A stretch of 64,000 bases of DNA, taken from Candidatus Multivoradales bacterium. GTDB lineage: Bacteria; Acidobacteriota; Thermoanaerobaculia; Multivoradales; JAHEKO01. Made by a program: the position numbers and the translations under genes. The notes beneath the pieces are model-generated. The model worked only from the letters and a program-made list of their open reading frames with translations, made no database searches and was not told where the DNA came from. This document shows, piece after piece, positions 9,293-18,647 of this stretch (its first letter is position 1; every line of letters begins with the position of its first letter). The stretch is from assembly GCA_965223755.1 (NCBI GenBank), contig CBDCXF010000001.1, forward strand, positions 937,256 to 1,001,255, in the 5' to 3' direction.

Positions 9293-10756
9293 ATGTCGAA
9301 AGAGCGCTTTACGTCACGCTGGGGTTTGATTCTCGCGGCGTTGGGAATGGCCATCGGCACCGGCAATGTGTGGCGCTTTCCTCGCATTCTGGCGCTCAAC
9401 GGAGGCGGCACTTTCTTGCTGCCCTGGCTCTTCTTTCTCTTTTCCTGGTCGATCCCCCTGCTGATCATCGAGTCGGCAATGGGCAAGCGCTCGCGCAAAG
9501 GCACCATCGGCTCGTTTGCGCTTCTGACCGGCCCCGCCAACGCCTGGCGCGGTGCCTTCGTCGGTTTTTGCACCATGGCGATTTCGTTTTATTACTGCGT
9601 CGTCGCCGGCTGGTGCGGATACTACTTCGTGCTCACCATCAGCGGCCGCCTCGACGATCGTGCCGCGCGTCAGACCTGGGACCAATTGGCGGCCAGCGGT
9701 GGAGTCCAAGTGGCCTTTTTTGCGCTGGCTCTGGCGATCTGCACCGCAGTCGTCTGGCGCGGGGTCACGGCCGGCATCGAGCGAGTCAATCGGCTGTTGA
9801 TCCCGGCCTTGTTCGTCATCCTGGTGATCTCTGCGTTGCGCGCCGTGACCTTACCGGGTTCGGTGGCCGGCCTGCAGTTCATGTTTTCGTTCGAGCCCGA
9901 ACGCCTCACGGACTACCGCATCTGGCTCGAAGCGCTGTCGCAGTCGGCGTGGTCGACGGGGGCCGGTTGGGGTCTGCTGCTGACCTACGCCGTGTACATG
10001 AAGGAAAAGCAGAATCTGGTGTTCTCGTCGGTGATCACCGGCCTGGGCAACAACTCTGCTTCCCTGCTCGCGGCGATGGCCCTCATCCCGACCGTGTTTG
10101 CCGTCCTGCCACACGCGGACGCACTGGCAGCTTTGCAGGAATCCGGTCCCGCTTCGACCGGCATGACCTTCATCTACTTCCCCGAAGTCCTGGGCCGCAT
10201 CCCGGCCGGGAATACTGTGTTCGCTCCCCTGTTCTTCCTGGCCCTGTCCATCGCCGCGGTCAGCTCGATGATTTCGATGATCGAACTCGGCGTACGCAAC
10301 GTTGCTGACTTCGGCGTCAGCCGCAGTAAAGCACTCTCCCTCGTCGCCGCCTTGACGTTCTTTCTCGGTCTGCCCAGCGCGCTATCGCAGCAGTTTTTTC
10401 TCAACCAAGATTGGGTTTGGGGGCTCGGGCTTCTGGTCTCCGGTTTTTTCTTTGCCCTCGCCGCGCGTGGTGTCGGCGCCGAACGCCTCCTTGACCGCTG
10501 GGTCAACCGCGGCCCGCGCTGGCGGGTGGGCAAGTGGTTCGCGCACCTCGTCTTCTGGTGGATCCCACTGCAGTTCGTCGTCCTCTTAGGGTGGTGGTTA
10601 TACCAGGCGGCCTGGGTCTACGACCCAGAGCGCTGGTGGGACCCGTTCCGCACCTTCAGTTTGGGTACGGTTGTGGCGCAGTGGGCCCTCGTCATCGTCG
10701 TATTTCGACTTCTCAATCGCCGCATGTCGGCGGCCGGCGAGGACCACGGATCGTGA
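9293..10756 (+). CDS. sodium-dependent transporter, NSS (SNF) family
   Basis: N-terminal NSS signature WGLILAALGMAIGTGNVWRFP with 11-12 predicted TM segments. Confidence 0.9.
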   Translation: MSKERFTSRWGLILAALGMAIGTGNVWRFPRILALNGGGTFLLPWLFFLFSWSIPLLIIESAMGKRSRKGTIGSFALLTGPANAWRGAFVGFCTMAISFYYCVVAGWCGYYFVLTISGRLDDRAARQTWDQLAASGGVQVAFFALALAICTAVVWRGVTAGIERVNRLLIPALFVILVISALRAVTLPGSVAGLQFMFSFEPERLTDYRIWLEALSQSAWSTGAGWGLLLTYAVYMKEKQNLVFSSVITGLGNNSASLLAAMALIPTVFAVLPHADALAALQESGPASTGMTFIYFPEVLGRIPAGNTVFAPLFFLALSIAAVSSMISMIELGVRNVADFGVSRSKALSLVAALTFFLGLPSALSQQFFLNQDWVWGLGLLVSGFFFALAARGVGAERLLDRWVNRGPRWRVGKWFAHLVFWWIPLQFVVLLGWWLYQAAWVYDPERWWDPFRTFSLGTVVAQWALVIVVFRLLNRRMSAAGEDHGS

Positions 10757-10869
10757 CCGCCGCGCAAATTCTGTACATGCTGTTGATCTGCGGGATTCTG
10801 TGGGGTGGATTCGCCGCCTGCCTGGTCTACCTCTGGCGTGTGGACAAAGAAGACGGTTCCGACCCATAG
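10753..10869 (+). CDS. MetS-like small membrane subunit associated with the NSS transporter (methionine/alanine importer small-subunit family)
   Basis: GTG start overlaps the transporter stop (GTGA). Encodes a 38-aa single-TM peptide VTAAQILYMLLICGILWGGFAACLVYLWRVDKEDGSDP with the WGG motif typical of this small-subunit family. Confidence 0.45.
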   Translation: MTAAQILYMLLICGILWGGFAACLVYLWRVDKEDGSDP

Positions 10870-10963
10870 ACTCGGGTATGCGCCGTTCTCGTCATCCCGG
10901 CGGGAGGATGCGAGAGAAGCCGAGATTACGGCACAAAAACGGAAAGGTTCCCGCCCAGCACTC

Positions 10964-11026
10964 AGCACCCAGACCCCAGTCCCCAGACCTCAGACCCCAG
11001 ACCCCAGACCCCAGCACCCAAACACA
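10964..11026. repeat. heptanucleotide tandem array (CAGACCC-like, about 9 units)
   Basis: cagcacc cagaccc cagtccc cagacct cagaccc cagaccc cagaccc cagcacc caaacac. Confidence 0.7.
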
Positions 11027-11056
11027 CGACAACGACAAAACGGATACCTAGAAAAA

Positions 11057-11076
11057 AGGCCGCCCCTCAGGGCGGC
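11057..11076. terminator. bidirectional hairpin terminator between convergent genes
   Basis: ggccgcccc-tca-ggggcggcc, flanked by an A-run upstream and TTTG downstream. Sits between the NSS operon (+) and the M16 peptidase (-). Confidence 0.6.
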
Positions 11077-11119
11077 CTTTGAACGGTCCGGACCCGAAGC
11101 GGGATCCAAGAGCAAGCGT

Positions 11120-13276
11120 CTATTCGGCGGCTTCCTCCTCGGCGGCTTCAGATCCGGGCAGGTCGAAGGTTCCCTGCGGAATCTCCGGGTTGATTTCGAA
11201 CGCCTCCACCGTCGCCTCTAGGAATGGCTGTCCTTCGAAGGTCTGGCTCAGCGCGAATGGAATCGACAGCCCGGCCACCTCGCGAAAATCGCTGAAGGTC
11301 TGGATGATCTCGCCCGGCGCGCCTTGGAACTCGCCGCGGTAGCGGCTGCGTACGATCTGGCCGGCCTCGCTGATCCCTAGCTCCACCACTTCTCCGCCGA
11401 TTTCCAACTCCACCAGATCGACGGTGGCGCCATCGACGTCAAGTGAGCCGGAGGCGACGCCGCTCAACTCACCGCGCGCGACCGCACCCAAAATCATCAA
11501 GGTGTCTCGGTTGAGTTCCTCCAAAGCACTCGCTCGACCCTGGTCGCCAAGGTCCTGAACCGCCCCCGTCGGCGCCAGAGCCACAGCGTGCTCGGGCGTG
11601 ACCAGCAACGTTTGCTGGCCAAAGGGCAGGCTCAAGATCTGTTTGGTGTGATCCGGGAATTGCGTCCACGACTCCACGCCAATGGCAAAGGTGCCCGCCT
11701 GGGGTACGGTGATCGAGCCAGCAGCCTTCTGGTACCGCCCAGTGACCGCCAAAGCTGCGTCGGCACCACCCGATGCCTGCAAAGCCTTGGCGAGCAGAGC
11801 AGCCCCCTCCGCCAGGGTGTCTTCGCTGGCTTCGGCCCGCTCCTGCGTTAGTTCCGGAATACTGATGTCGCGCTCGACAACCTCACCGTACTCTGAAAGC
11901 GGTTTGTCCGTACCCTCCGACGGGCCAACCACCAAATAGACGAACTGTTCGGGATCGATATAGCGCTCGGCGACGGTCAAGACCTCGTCACGAGTAACCC
12001 CCTCGATGCCCGCCTGATAGCGAGCCAGATAGTCGGTGGGATAACCGAAGTACTCGTAGGTGAGCTGCTGCCCGAGAATTTTCGCAGTCGAGTCGGAGTT
12101 GAACACGAACGAATTCAAGATCGACGACTTGGCCAGTTCGATCTCATCATCGGTAATAGGATCGCTGTTCAAGCGCTCCACCTCCTCCATCAGGGCGTCG
12201 ATCCCAGCACCCGTGGTTTCGGTTTTGGTAGTCATCCACATCTGAAACAGACCTGGGTAGTCCCAGTTGCTGCCGACGCTGCCGCGCACCGAGTAGGCGA
12301 GCCCCTTCTTGGTACGCACGTTGGAGAACAAGCGAGACGTAAATCCGCCTGAGAACACCTCGTTGAATACCTGAATGGCATAGTAGTCAGGGCTATCTCG
12401 CGTTACACCGAGATGGCCGATGGCGATGTTGGATTGGGTCATGTCTTCCTTGGGCACGAAGTAGACGCCGGGCGTGGCCGTGCCGACTTCCGCACCGCCC
12501 AGCTCCACCGCCGTGCCGGCCTGCCAGTCGCCAAAAGCGCCTTCGATCGAGGACAGCATTTCATCGCGGTCAAAATCTCCGACCACGCCGAGGATGATGC
12601 GATCGGGGGCGAAATACGACTGATGCCATTCGATCAAGTCGTCGCGCGTCACTGCGGCGACCGAGTCGTAGGTCGTCGCCACGCCATAGGCGGAATCGTC
12701 GCCGTAGACCAACTCAGCAAACTCGCGGAAAAGAATTCCCTGCGGGTTGTCATTCTGGCGAGCAATGCCGGCGTTGACCTGCGTGCGCGCGACCTCGATC
12801 TTGTCTTCATCAAAGACCGGATTGCGCAAGATGTCGGCGACCACCGGAATCAACTCGTCGGCGTCCTCGCTGAGGAAGCTGGCGTTGAGCGAACCGCTCG
12901 CAGTTCCGATGCTGGCCTCGATGGTCGCGGCCTTGGAGTCCAAGTACTCGTCCAATTCGCTGCCATTCATCGATTCGGTGCCGCCGGTGCGCAGGACTTC
13001 GGCCAGAATCGCGGTTAACCCAGAGTTCTCAGAACTCTCCAACCGGGCCCCGATGCGAATCCGGGCGATGATATCGACCAGTGGCAACTCGTCATCCTGC
13101 AGCAACAAGACCACCAGGCCGTTGTCCAGTTCGACCCGCTCGGGAGCCGGCGGCTCGAAGGAACGCAGCGCAGGATACTCAATGTCGTCGACCGAGGAGA
13201 CCTGGGCGGCGACCGGAAAAGCGACCAACGCGGCCGCGATCAAAAACAAATATATTCTGCGTGCCATCTTAGGCAT
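11120..13276 (-). CDS. M16 family peptidase, non-catalytic (beta-type) subunit, secreted
   Basis: Signal peptide MPKMARRIYLFLIAAALVAFPVAAQ. Two M16 C-terminal-type domains and no HxxEH. Its start overlaps the upstream partner by 8 nt. Confidence 0.85.
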   Translation of the reverse strand: MPKMARRIYLFLIAAALVAFPVAAQVSSVDDIEYPALRSFEPPAPERVELDNGLVVLLLQDDELPLVDIIARIRIGARLESSENSGLTAILAEVLRTGGTESMNGSELDEYLDSKAATIEASIGTASGSLNASFLSEDADELIPVVADILRNPVFDEDKIEVARTQVNAGIARQNDNPQGILFREFAELVYGDDSAYGVATTYDSVAAVTRDDLIEWHQSYFAPDRIILGVVGDFDRDEMLSSIEGAFGDWQAGTAVELGGAEVGTATPGVYFVPKEDMTQSNIAIGHLGVTRDSPDYYAIQVFNEVFSGGFTSRLFSNVRTKKGLAYSVRGSVGSNWDYPGLFQMWMTTKTETTGAGIDALMEEVERLNSDPITDDEIELAKSSILNSFVFNSDSTAKILGQQLTYEYFGYPTDYLARYQAGIEGVTRDEVLTVAERYIDPEQFVYLVVGPSEGTDKPLSEYGEVVERDISIPELTQERAEASEDTLAEGAALLAKALQASGGADAALAVTGRYQKAAGSITVPQAGTFAIGVESWTQFPDHTKQILSLPFGQQTLLVTPEHAVALAPTGAVQDLGDQGRASALEELNRDTLMILGAVARGELSGVASGSLDVDGATVDLVELEIGGEVVELGISEAGQIVRSRYRGEFQGAPGEIIQTFSDFREVAGLSIPFALSQTFEGQPFLEATVEAFEINPEIPQGTFDLPGSEAAEEEAAE

Positions 13277-14834
13277 CCTCCCCAGTATTGGTACCAGTAT
13301 CAGTGCCAGTATCAGTCTCCGCTTCGGCTTCCTCTTCAGCGGTCTTGATCATCGCCACCGTACGGTTGGTCGGAGTCAATGTCTCGTTGACCACCCGCTG
13401 AATGTCTTCCGCCGTGACCTCGTCGATGCGGTCGACGTAGCGAAAGGCCTCGCGCCAGTCGCCGTACCAGGTTTGGTACTGAACTAGATTGAACGCCAGC
13501 CCTTGATTGTTGCGCAAGCCGCGCAACAGGTTGGCGCGGGCCTTGGTCTTGAACCGTTCAAGCTCATCGTCCGTCACCAATTCCGTCTTGAGGCGCTCGA
13601 TCTCTTCGCGAATCGCTGCCTGAACCTCTTCGTTTTCAACTCCCGGCGAGGGAATCGCAAAAGCGATCCACATGGTCGGGTACTTGCTGCCTGGGAAGGA
13701 GGCAAAGGAACCGGTCTGAGCGGCGATCTTCTTATCCTCGACCAAAGAACGGTAGAGACGTGAAGCGCGGCCACCGGAGAGGATGTCGTCGATGGCGTCC
13801 CAAACCGGTTGGTCGGCGTGGGTGGCCGCCGGCTTGTGGTAGCCCTCGACGTATACCGGCTGTGACGGATCTTCCAGTACGACGGTCTTTTCCGCGATCT
13901 GCGGAGGCTCGACCGTGCGCAGGGCTTCGGGCTTCGGCCGCGCCGGGATGCGCTCGAAGTAAGTCTTGAGAACGGGCAGCACCTCATCGGCGGTCACATC
14001 TCCGACGATCACCGTGGTCAGGTTGGAAGGCCCGTAGTACTTCTCGAAAAACTCCTGGGCATCGGTGGCGGTGAACGACTGCAAGTCGCTCATATAACCG
14101 ACCACCGGCTGCTTGTATGGATGGGCAACGAACGCGGTGGCGAGGAACTGCTCGATCATGCGGCCGATGGGCTGGCTCTCGGTGCGCAGCCGGCGCTCCT
14201 CCTGTACCACGTCGCGCTCCTTATAGAACTCGCGAAACACCGGATGGAAGAAACGCTCCGACTCCAGGAACGCGAACAGTTCAAATCGATTCGAAGGCAG
14301 GGAAAAGAAGTAGCCGGTGGCATCCGAATTGGTGAAGGCGTTGAGACCGGTGCCGCCCTGACGCGACAGCGCTTCGTCGAACTCGTTCGGAACCACGTAC
14401 TGTGCTGCCTCCTCCTGCTTGGCCTCGAACGCCGCGAGCAAGGTCTGCACTTCCTCTTCATCGGGATTCACCGCCGTACGCGCACGCTGGTAGGCGGCGT
14501 AGGCGTCCTCCAGCTCGGCAAGCGCGACCTTCTCGGCCTCATAGTCGGTGGTGCCGATGTTCGGCGTGCCTTTGAAGGCCATGTGCTCGAACATGTGCGC
14601 CAACCCCGTAATACCGGGGACCTCTTGGGCGCCGCCGACATCGGCGAACGTCGCATACGAGAACACCGGCGCGACGGGCCGGTTGACGATGACGAACGTC
14701 CAACCGTTGTCGAGTACATGGGTGCTCGTTTTTTCTTCGAACGAGGCCAAATCCTGAGCCGACACCGGCACCGCCACAAGCAGCACGGTGAGCGCGACCC
14801 AAGCAAACCTCCTCAATGAGAGCGTGTTGACCAT
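13269..14834 (-). CDS. M16 family zinc peptidase (pitrilysin-like, HxxEH), secreted
   Basis: Inverted zinc motif HMFEHMAFKGT. Signal peptide MVNTLSLRRFAWVALTVLLVAVPVSAQ. ATG at 14834 with a GGAG RBS. Confidence 0.85.
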   Translation of the reverse strand: MVNTLSLRRFAWVALTVLLVAVPVSAQDLASFEEKTSTHVLDNGWTFVIVNRPVAPVFSYATFADVGGAQEVPGITGLAHMFEHMAFKGTPNIGTTDYEAEKVALAELEDAYAAYQRARTAVNPDEEEVQTLLAAFEAKQEEAAQYVVPNEFDEALSRQGGTGLNAFTNSDATGYFFSLPSNRFELFAFLESERFFHPVFREFYKERDVVQEERRLRTESQPIGRMIEQFLATAFVAHPYKQPVVGYMSDLQSFTATDAQEFFEKYYGPSNLTTVIVGDVTADEVLPVLKTYFERIPARPKPEALRTVEPPQIAEKTVVLEDPSQPVYVEGYHKPAATHADQPVWDAIDDILSGGRASRLYRSLVEDKKIAAQTGSFASFPGSKYPTMWIAFAIPSPGVENEEVQAAIREEIERLKTELVTDDELERFKTKARANLLRGLRNNQGLAFNLVQYQTWYGDWREAFRYVDRIDEVTAEDIQRVVNETLTPTNRTVAMIKTAEEEAEAETDTGTDTGTNTGEDA

Positions 14835-15041
14835 CTTGACTCCTTTGGATTGTCGTGCGCTTCTTTTTATTGCGGGATACAAAAAAACCCCCAGCGCATA
14901 CCTATTTTACGTCGAGGAACCCGCAAAGGTTGTCCTCCTCACAACACCAGTGATAGCAAAGGCAATGCCGCATCAACCAGTACAACAACTCGTCATCCCC
15001 CGATGCGGGGGGCGCTCTCTCAACCGCGATAAAGTCTCGGC

Positions 15042-16517
15042 ATGTTGACCTGGGCCGCTCTCGCCTTTGTCGCGCTCTTGGCGCTCGCCGCGATCTACGA
15101 CCTCACCCAGCGCAAACACGCTATCCTGCGCAACTTCCCATTGATCGGCCACTTCCGCTATTGGCTGGAAAGCGTCGGCCCGGAATTGCGCCAATACATC
15201 GTCACTTCCAACGATGAAGAGCGTCCGTTCTCCCGCGATCAACGGGCCTGGGTTTACACCTCGGCCAAGAAGCAGAACAACTACTTCGGTTTCGGCACCG
15301 ACAACGACCTTTCGTTAACTCCCAACTACCTCATCATCCGCCACTCGCAGTTCCCCAAAACCTCGCCCCACCCCGGCGATGATGGCTACGACCCGCACTA
15401 TCCGGTCGCTTCGGCCAAGGTTCTTGGCGAGCACCGCAACCGCCGCAAAGCATTCCGGCCTCCCTCGATCGTCGGCATTTCGGCGATGAGTTACGGCTCA
15501 CTGAGCGCGCCCGCCGTGCAGGCCCTCAACCGCGGTGCGGCGACCGCCGGCTGCCTGCACAACACCGGAGAGGGCGGCGTTTCGCCCCATCACTTGCAGG
15601 GGGGAGACCTCATTTGGCAAATCGGCACCGGCTACTTCGGATGCCGAGCTGAGGATGGCGGCTTCAGTCGCGAGCGTTTCCGGGACACCAGTTCTCACGA
15701 CGCCATCAAAGCGATCGAAGTCAAGCTCTCTCAAGGAGCCAAACCGGGCCTCGGCGGCGTCCTGCCGGCCGAGAAAGTCACTCCAGAGATTGCCGCGATT
15801 CGTGGAATCCCGCTGGGCAAGTCCTGCCTCAGTCCCTCGCGCCACTCGGCCTTCTCCGACGTCGACTCCATGCTGGACTTCGTCGAGTCCCTGGCTGACG
15901 ACAGCGGCCTGCCGGTAGGGATCAAATCGGCCGTTGGCGATATGGCCTTCTGGCATGAATTGGCCCGCGAAATGGGGCGCGGAAACCGCGGCGTCGACTT
16001 CATCACCATTGATGGCGGCGAGGGAGGTACCGGGGCCGCTCCGTTGGTTTTCTCCGACCACGTTTCGCTGCCCTTCCTGCAAGGATTCTCGTCGGTGCAT
16101 CGCATCTTCGCCGACCATGGACTCACCGATCAGGTCGCGTTCATCGGCTCCGGCAAGCTCGGTTTTCCGCAACGAGGCCTGCTCGCCATGGCCATGGGAT
16201 GCGATTTGTTGTCGGTCGCGCGCGAAGCGATGTTGGCGATCGGCTGCATTCAAGCTCAGAGGTGCCACAGCGGACACTGCCCCACCGGCGTCGCCACACA
16301 GAACAAATGGCTGGTGCGCGGGCTCGACCCCACCGACAAGTCGGCGCGACTGGCCAACTACATAATCACTCTACGCAAAGAACTGCAGCAACTGGCGCGG
16401 GCTTGCGGCTACGACCATCCGGCAGAAGTACCGCTGGACCGCTTTGCCATTCTCGACGACCAACTCGGCCACCGCCCGGCGGTGGAGGTCTTTGGCTATT
16501 CCTCGGCGGCGGCCTAG
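15042..16517 (+). CDS. FMN-binding glutamate synthase family protein (GltS FMN-domain-like)
   Basis: N-terminal TM helix. Motifs GEGGVSPHH, ITIDGGEGGTGAAP and CHSGHCPTGVATQ. Confidence 0.85.
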   Translation: MLTWAALAFVALLALAAIYDLTQRKHAILRNFPLIGHFRYWLESVGPELRQYIVTSNDEERPFSRDQRAWVYTSAKKQNNYFGFGTDNDLSLTPNYLIIRHSQFPKTSPHPGDDGYDPHYPVASAKVLGEHRNRRKAFRPPSIVGISAMSYGSLSAPAVQALNRGAATAGCLHNTGEGGVSPHHLQGGDLIWQIGTGYFGCRAEDGGFSRERFRDTSSHDAIKAIEVKLSQGAKPGLGGVLPAEKVTPEIAAIRGIPLGKSCLSPSRHSAFSDVDSMLDFVESLADDSGLPVGIKSAVGDMAFWHELAREMGRGNRGVDFITIDGGEGGTGAAPLVFSDHVSLPFLQGFSSVHRIFADHGLTDQVAFIGSGKLGFPQRGLLAMAMGCDLLSVAREAMLAIGCIQAQRCHSGHCPTGVATQNKWLVRGLDPTDKSARLANYIITLRKELQQLARACGYDHPAEVPLDRFAILDDQLGHRPAVEVFGYSSAAA

Positions 16518-18396
16518 CCGACCAGCATCGATCGCGGCCCTGTCTCTGGCGCTGCTCGCGTCGGTCTTGACGACCTGTGGCCCGAACGACGACTCGAGCC
16601 TGCCACCCGGCGCCCAGCCCGAGCTGGTCGCCAACCTGCGCGCCAACGCTGAGGCCCAACGTCACCCCGCCGACGGCGGTGGGAATGCACGTCTCGTCAA
16701 TCCCGACCCGGTGCCAGCCGGCTCTCTCGCCATTTGGAGCATCGAATTCACGGTTGGCGAGCTGGGCATAGCGGATGGGGGCTCCATCCACTTTCAGCCT
16801 TCCCCATTTTGGGGTTGGAGCCCGCCACAGGTCGACTATCCCGATCTGCCCGGATATACCGTCGTCACGACAAACGACCCTGACATCGCCCTGACCACAA
16901 CCGCAGCTCCAGGAGGTCCGCTGATCATCACCGCTGGCGACGGGTTTCGACCGGGAGAGGAAATCACCATTCGCTATGGCGGTGAGGTCGGAGCCCGCGC
17001 CGATCGCTACCGGGACCGTGAGTCGCGACTGTGGATCGGAGTCGATGGCGACGGAGACGGGAGTCGTCAGTGGCTCGCCGGCAGCCCGGCGGTCGAAGTC
17101 GTCGCCGGCCCCGCGGCGGCCTGGCTGACTTCGCTTCCCGCAACCGCTCAACGCGGCGACACGGTGTTGCTGCGACTTGCAGCGGTCGATGCCATCGGCA
17201 ACCGCGCCGCGTATTCAGGCACGGCACAGCTCGAATTGCCCGCAGGGTTGATCGGGCCCGAGGAGGTCAAAGTCCAAGACGGCAGCGGAACGGTGCAAGT
17301 AACCGTCGACCGTGACGGGCTGCACGTCGCCACCGCGAGCGGCGCTGGGCTGCGCATCGGCGAGTCCAACCCGATGCTGGCGAGCCACAACTTTCCGCGT
17401 TTGCTGTGGGGCGACCTCCACGGCCACACCGGTCTTTCCGACGGAACCGGCACCCCGGAGGACTACTTCGCATACGCGCGCGAGATCGCCGCACTCGACT
17501 TCGCCGCCATCACCGACCACGACCACTGGGGCATCCAACCGCTCGATTCGTCGCCGGGCAACTGGCAGCGCATCCAAAAAGCGGTGGCTTCAGCACACGC
17601 CCCACCGAGCTTCGTCGCCCTCCTCGGCTACGAATGGACCAACTGGATTTACGGCCACAGACATGTCGTCCACTTCGCCGATGACGGCCCGCTGTTGTCG
17701 TCGCTCGATACTGAGCACGAGCACCCACGGCAGCTTTGGAACTCACTACGCGACCTCCCCAGTTTGACCTTCGCTCACCATTCCTCCGGAGACCCCATTC
17801 CGATCGATTGGTCGATCGCTCCAGATCCAGTGCTCGAACCGATTACCGAGATCGTTTCGGTGCATGGATCGAGTGAATCGCGCGACGGCGCTCGGCCGGT
17901 GGGCGGATCGCGGAGTGGCAACTTTGTGCGCGACGCGCTCGGTCGCGGCTATCGCCTCGGCTTTATCGGCAGCGGCGACAGCCACGACGGACATCCCGGT
18001 CTTGCCCACTTGGCCTCCCCCAGTGGTGGTCTGGCCGCGGTGTGGAGTGCGGAGAACACGAGGGAGGCAATCCTGGCGTCGCTGCGCTCGCGACGGGCTT
18101 ACGCCACCAACGGCCCCAAGATGTTGCTGCGCGCTCGGCTCGATGACCACGAAATGGGCTCGGTTTTGCCGAGGTTCGAGCGGTCGAATCTCAAGGTGTT
18201 TGCCGTAGGGACGACCCCGGTAACCCGGATCGAAGTGATCGTTGATGGGCAGATCGTGCATCGATTGAGTCCGACAGAAGGTCGTTTGGCCTCTTGGCAG
18301 ACGCATCTCGACACGTCCAAATCCGACTACGTCTACGTACGCGTCGCTCAGGAAGGCTATGGAATGGCCTGGTCGAGCCCGTTCTTTTTGCAGTGA
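16444..18396 (+). CDS. DUF3604 domain protein (PHP-like metal-dependent phosphoesterase fold), lipoprotein
   Basis: WGDLHGHTGLSDG and DHDHWG motifs. Signal/lipobox …ALLASVLTTCG. The ATG at 16444 overlaps the upstream gene by 74 nt. An in-frame TTG near 16495 is an alternative start. Confidence 0.7.
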   Translation: MPFSTTNSATARRWRSLAIPRRRPSRPASIAALSLALLASVLTTCGPNDDSSLPPGAQPELVANLRANAEAQRHPADGGGNARLVNPDPVPAGSLAIWSIEFTVGELGIADGGSIHFQPSPFWGWSPPQVDYPDLPGYTVVTTNDPDIALTTTAAPGGPLIITAGDGFRPGEEITIRYGGEVGARADRYRDRESRLWIGVDGDGDGSRQWLAGSPAVEVVAGPAAAWLTSLPATAQRGDTVLLRLAAVDAIGNRAAYSGTAQLELPAGLIGPEEVKVQDGSGTVQVTVDRDGLHVATASGAGLRIGESNPMLASHNFPRLLWGDLHGHTGLSDGTGTPEDYFAYAREIAALDFAAITDHDHWGIQPLDSSPGNWQRIQKAVASAHAPPSFVALLGYEWTNWIYGHRHVVHFADDGPLLSSLDTEHEHPRQLWNSLRDLPSLTFAHHSSGDPIPIDWSIAPDPVLEPITEIVSVHGSSESRDGARPVGGSRSGNFVRDALGRGYRLGFIGSGDSHDGHPGLAHLASPSGGLAAVWSAENTREAILASLRSRRAYATNGPKMLLRARLDDHEMGSVLPRFERSNLKVFAVGTTPVTRIEVIVDGQIVHRLSPTEGRLASWQTHLDTSKSDYVYVRVAQEGYGMAWSSPFFLQ

Positions 18397-18402
18397 GTGG
18401 GG

Positions 18403-18519
18403 GGGAGTGCTAGTGGCTAGTGGCTAATGGTCAGTGGTCAGTGGTCAGTGGTCAGTGGTCAGTGGTCAGTGGTCAGTGGTCAGTGGTCAGTGGTCAGTGG
18501 CCAGTGGCCAGTGGCCAGT
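18403..18519. repeat. heptanucleotide tandem array (GGTCAGT about x10, then GGCCAGT x3)
   Basis: Direct inspection. The ORF-track protein MVSGQWSVVSGQW… is a translation artefact of this array. Confidence 0.85.
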
Positions 18520-18526
18520 CATCGAC

Positions 18527-18600
18527 GTAGGGGAGCCCCTTGCGGGCTCCCGCGAGGAGACAAGCTTGCTCTGAGCGGCATCGAAGGGCCGGTCCCTTCC
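18527..18600. repeat. MITE-like palindromic element A (GTAGGGGAGCCCC…GCAAGCTTGC…TCGAAGGGCC)
   Basis: Homologous copies at 50973, 55452 (full length, both TIRs), 56573 (TIRs only) and 58402 (partial). Confidence 0.6.
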
Positions 18601-18647
18601 CTTGTCACTGTGGTTAGTGGCTGGTGGCTAGTGGCTAGCGGGATCCG

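Noticed and set aside
9370-10308. 312-aa ORF overlapping the NSS transporter in another frame
   Set aside because: Arg/Pro-rich, with no homology. The transporter frame is unambiguous.
18403-18519. Possibility that the tandem arrays are CRISPR
   Set aside because: The units are 7 bp with no unique spacers, and no cas genes are present. These are simple tandem repeats.
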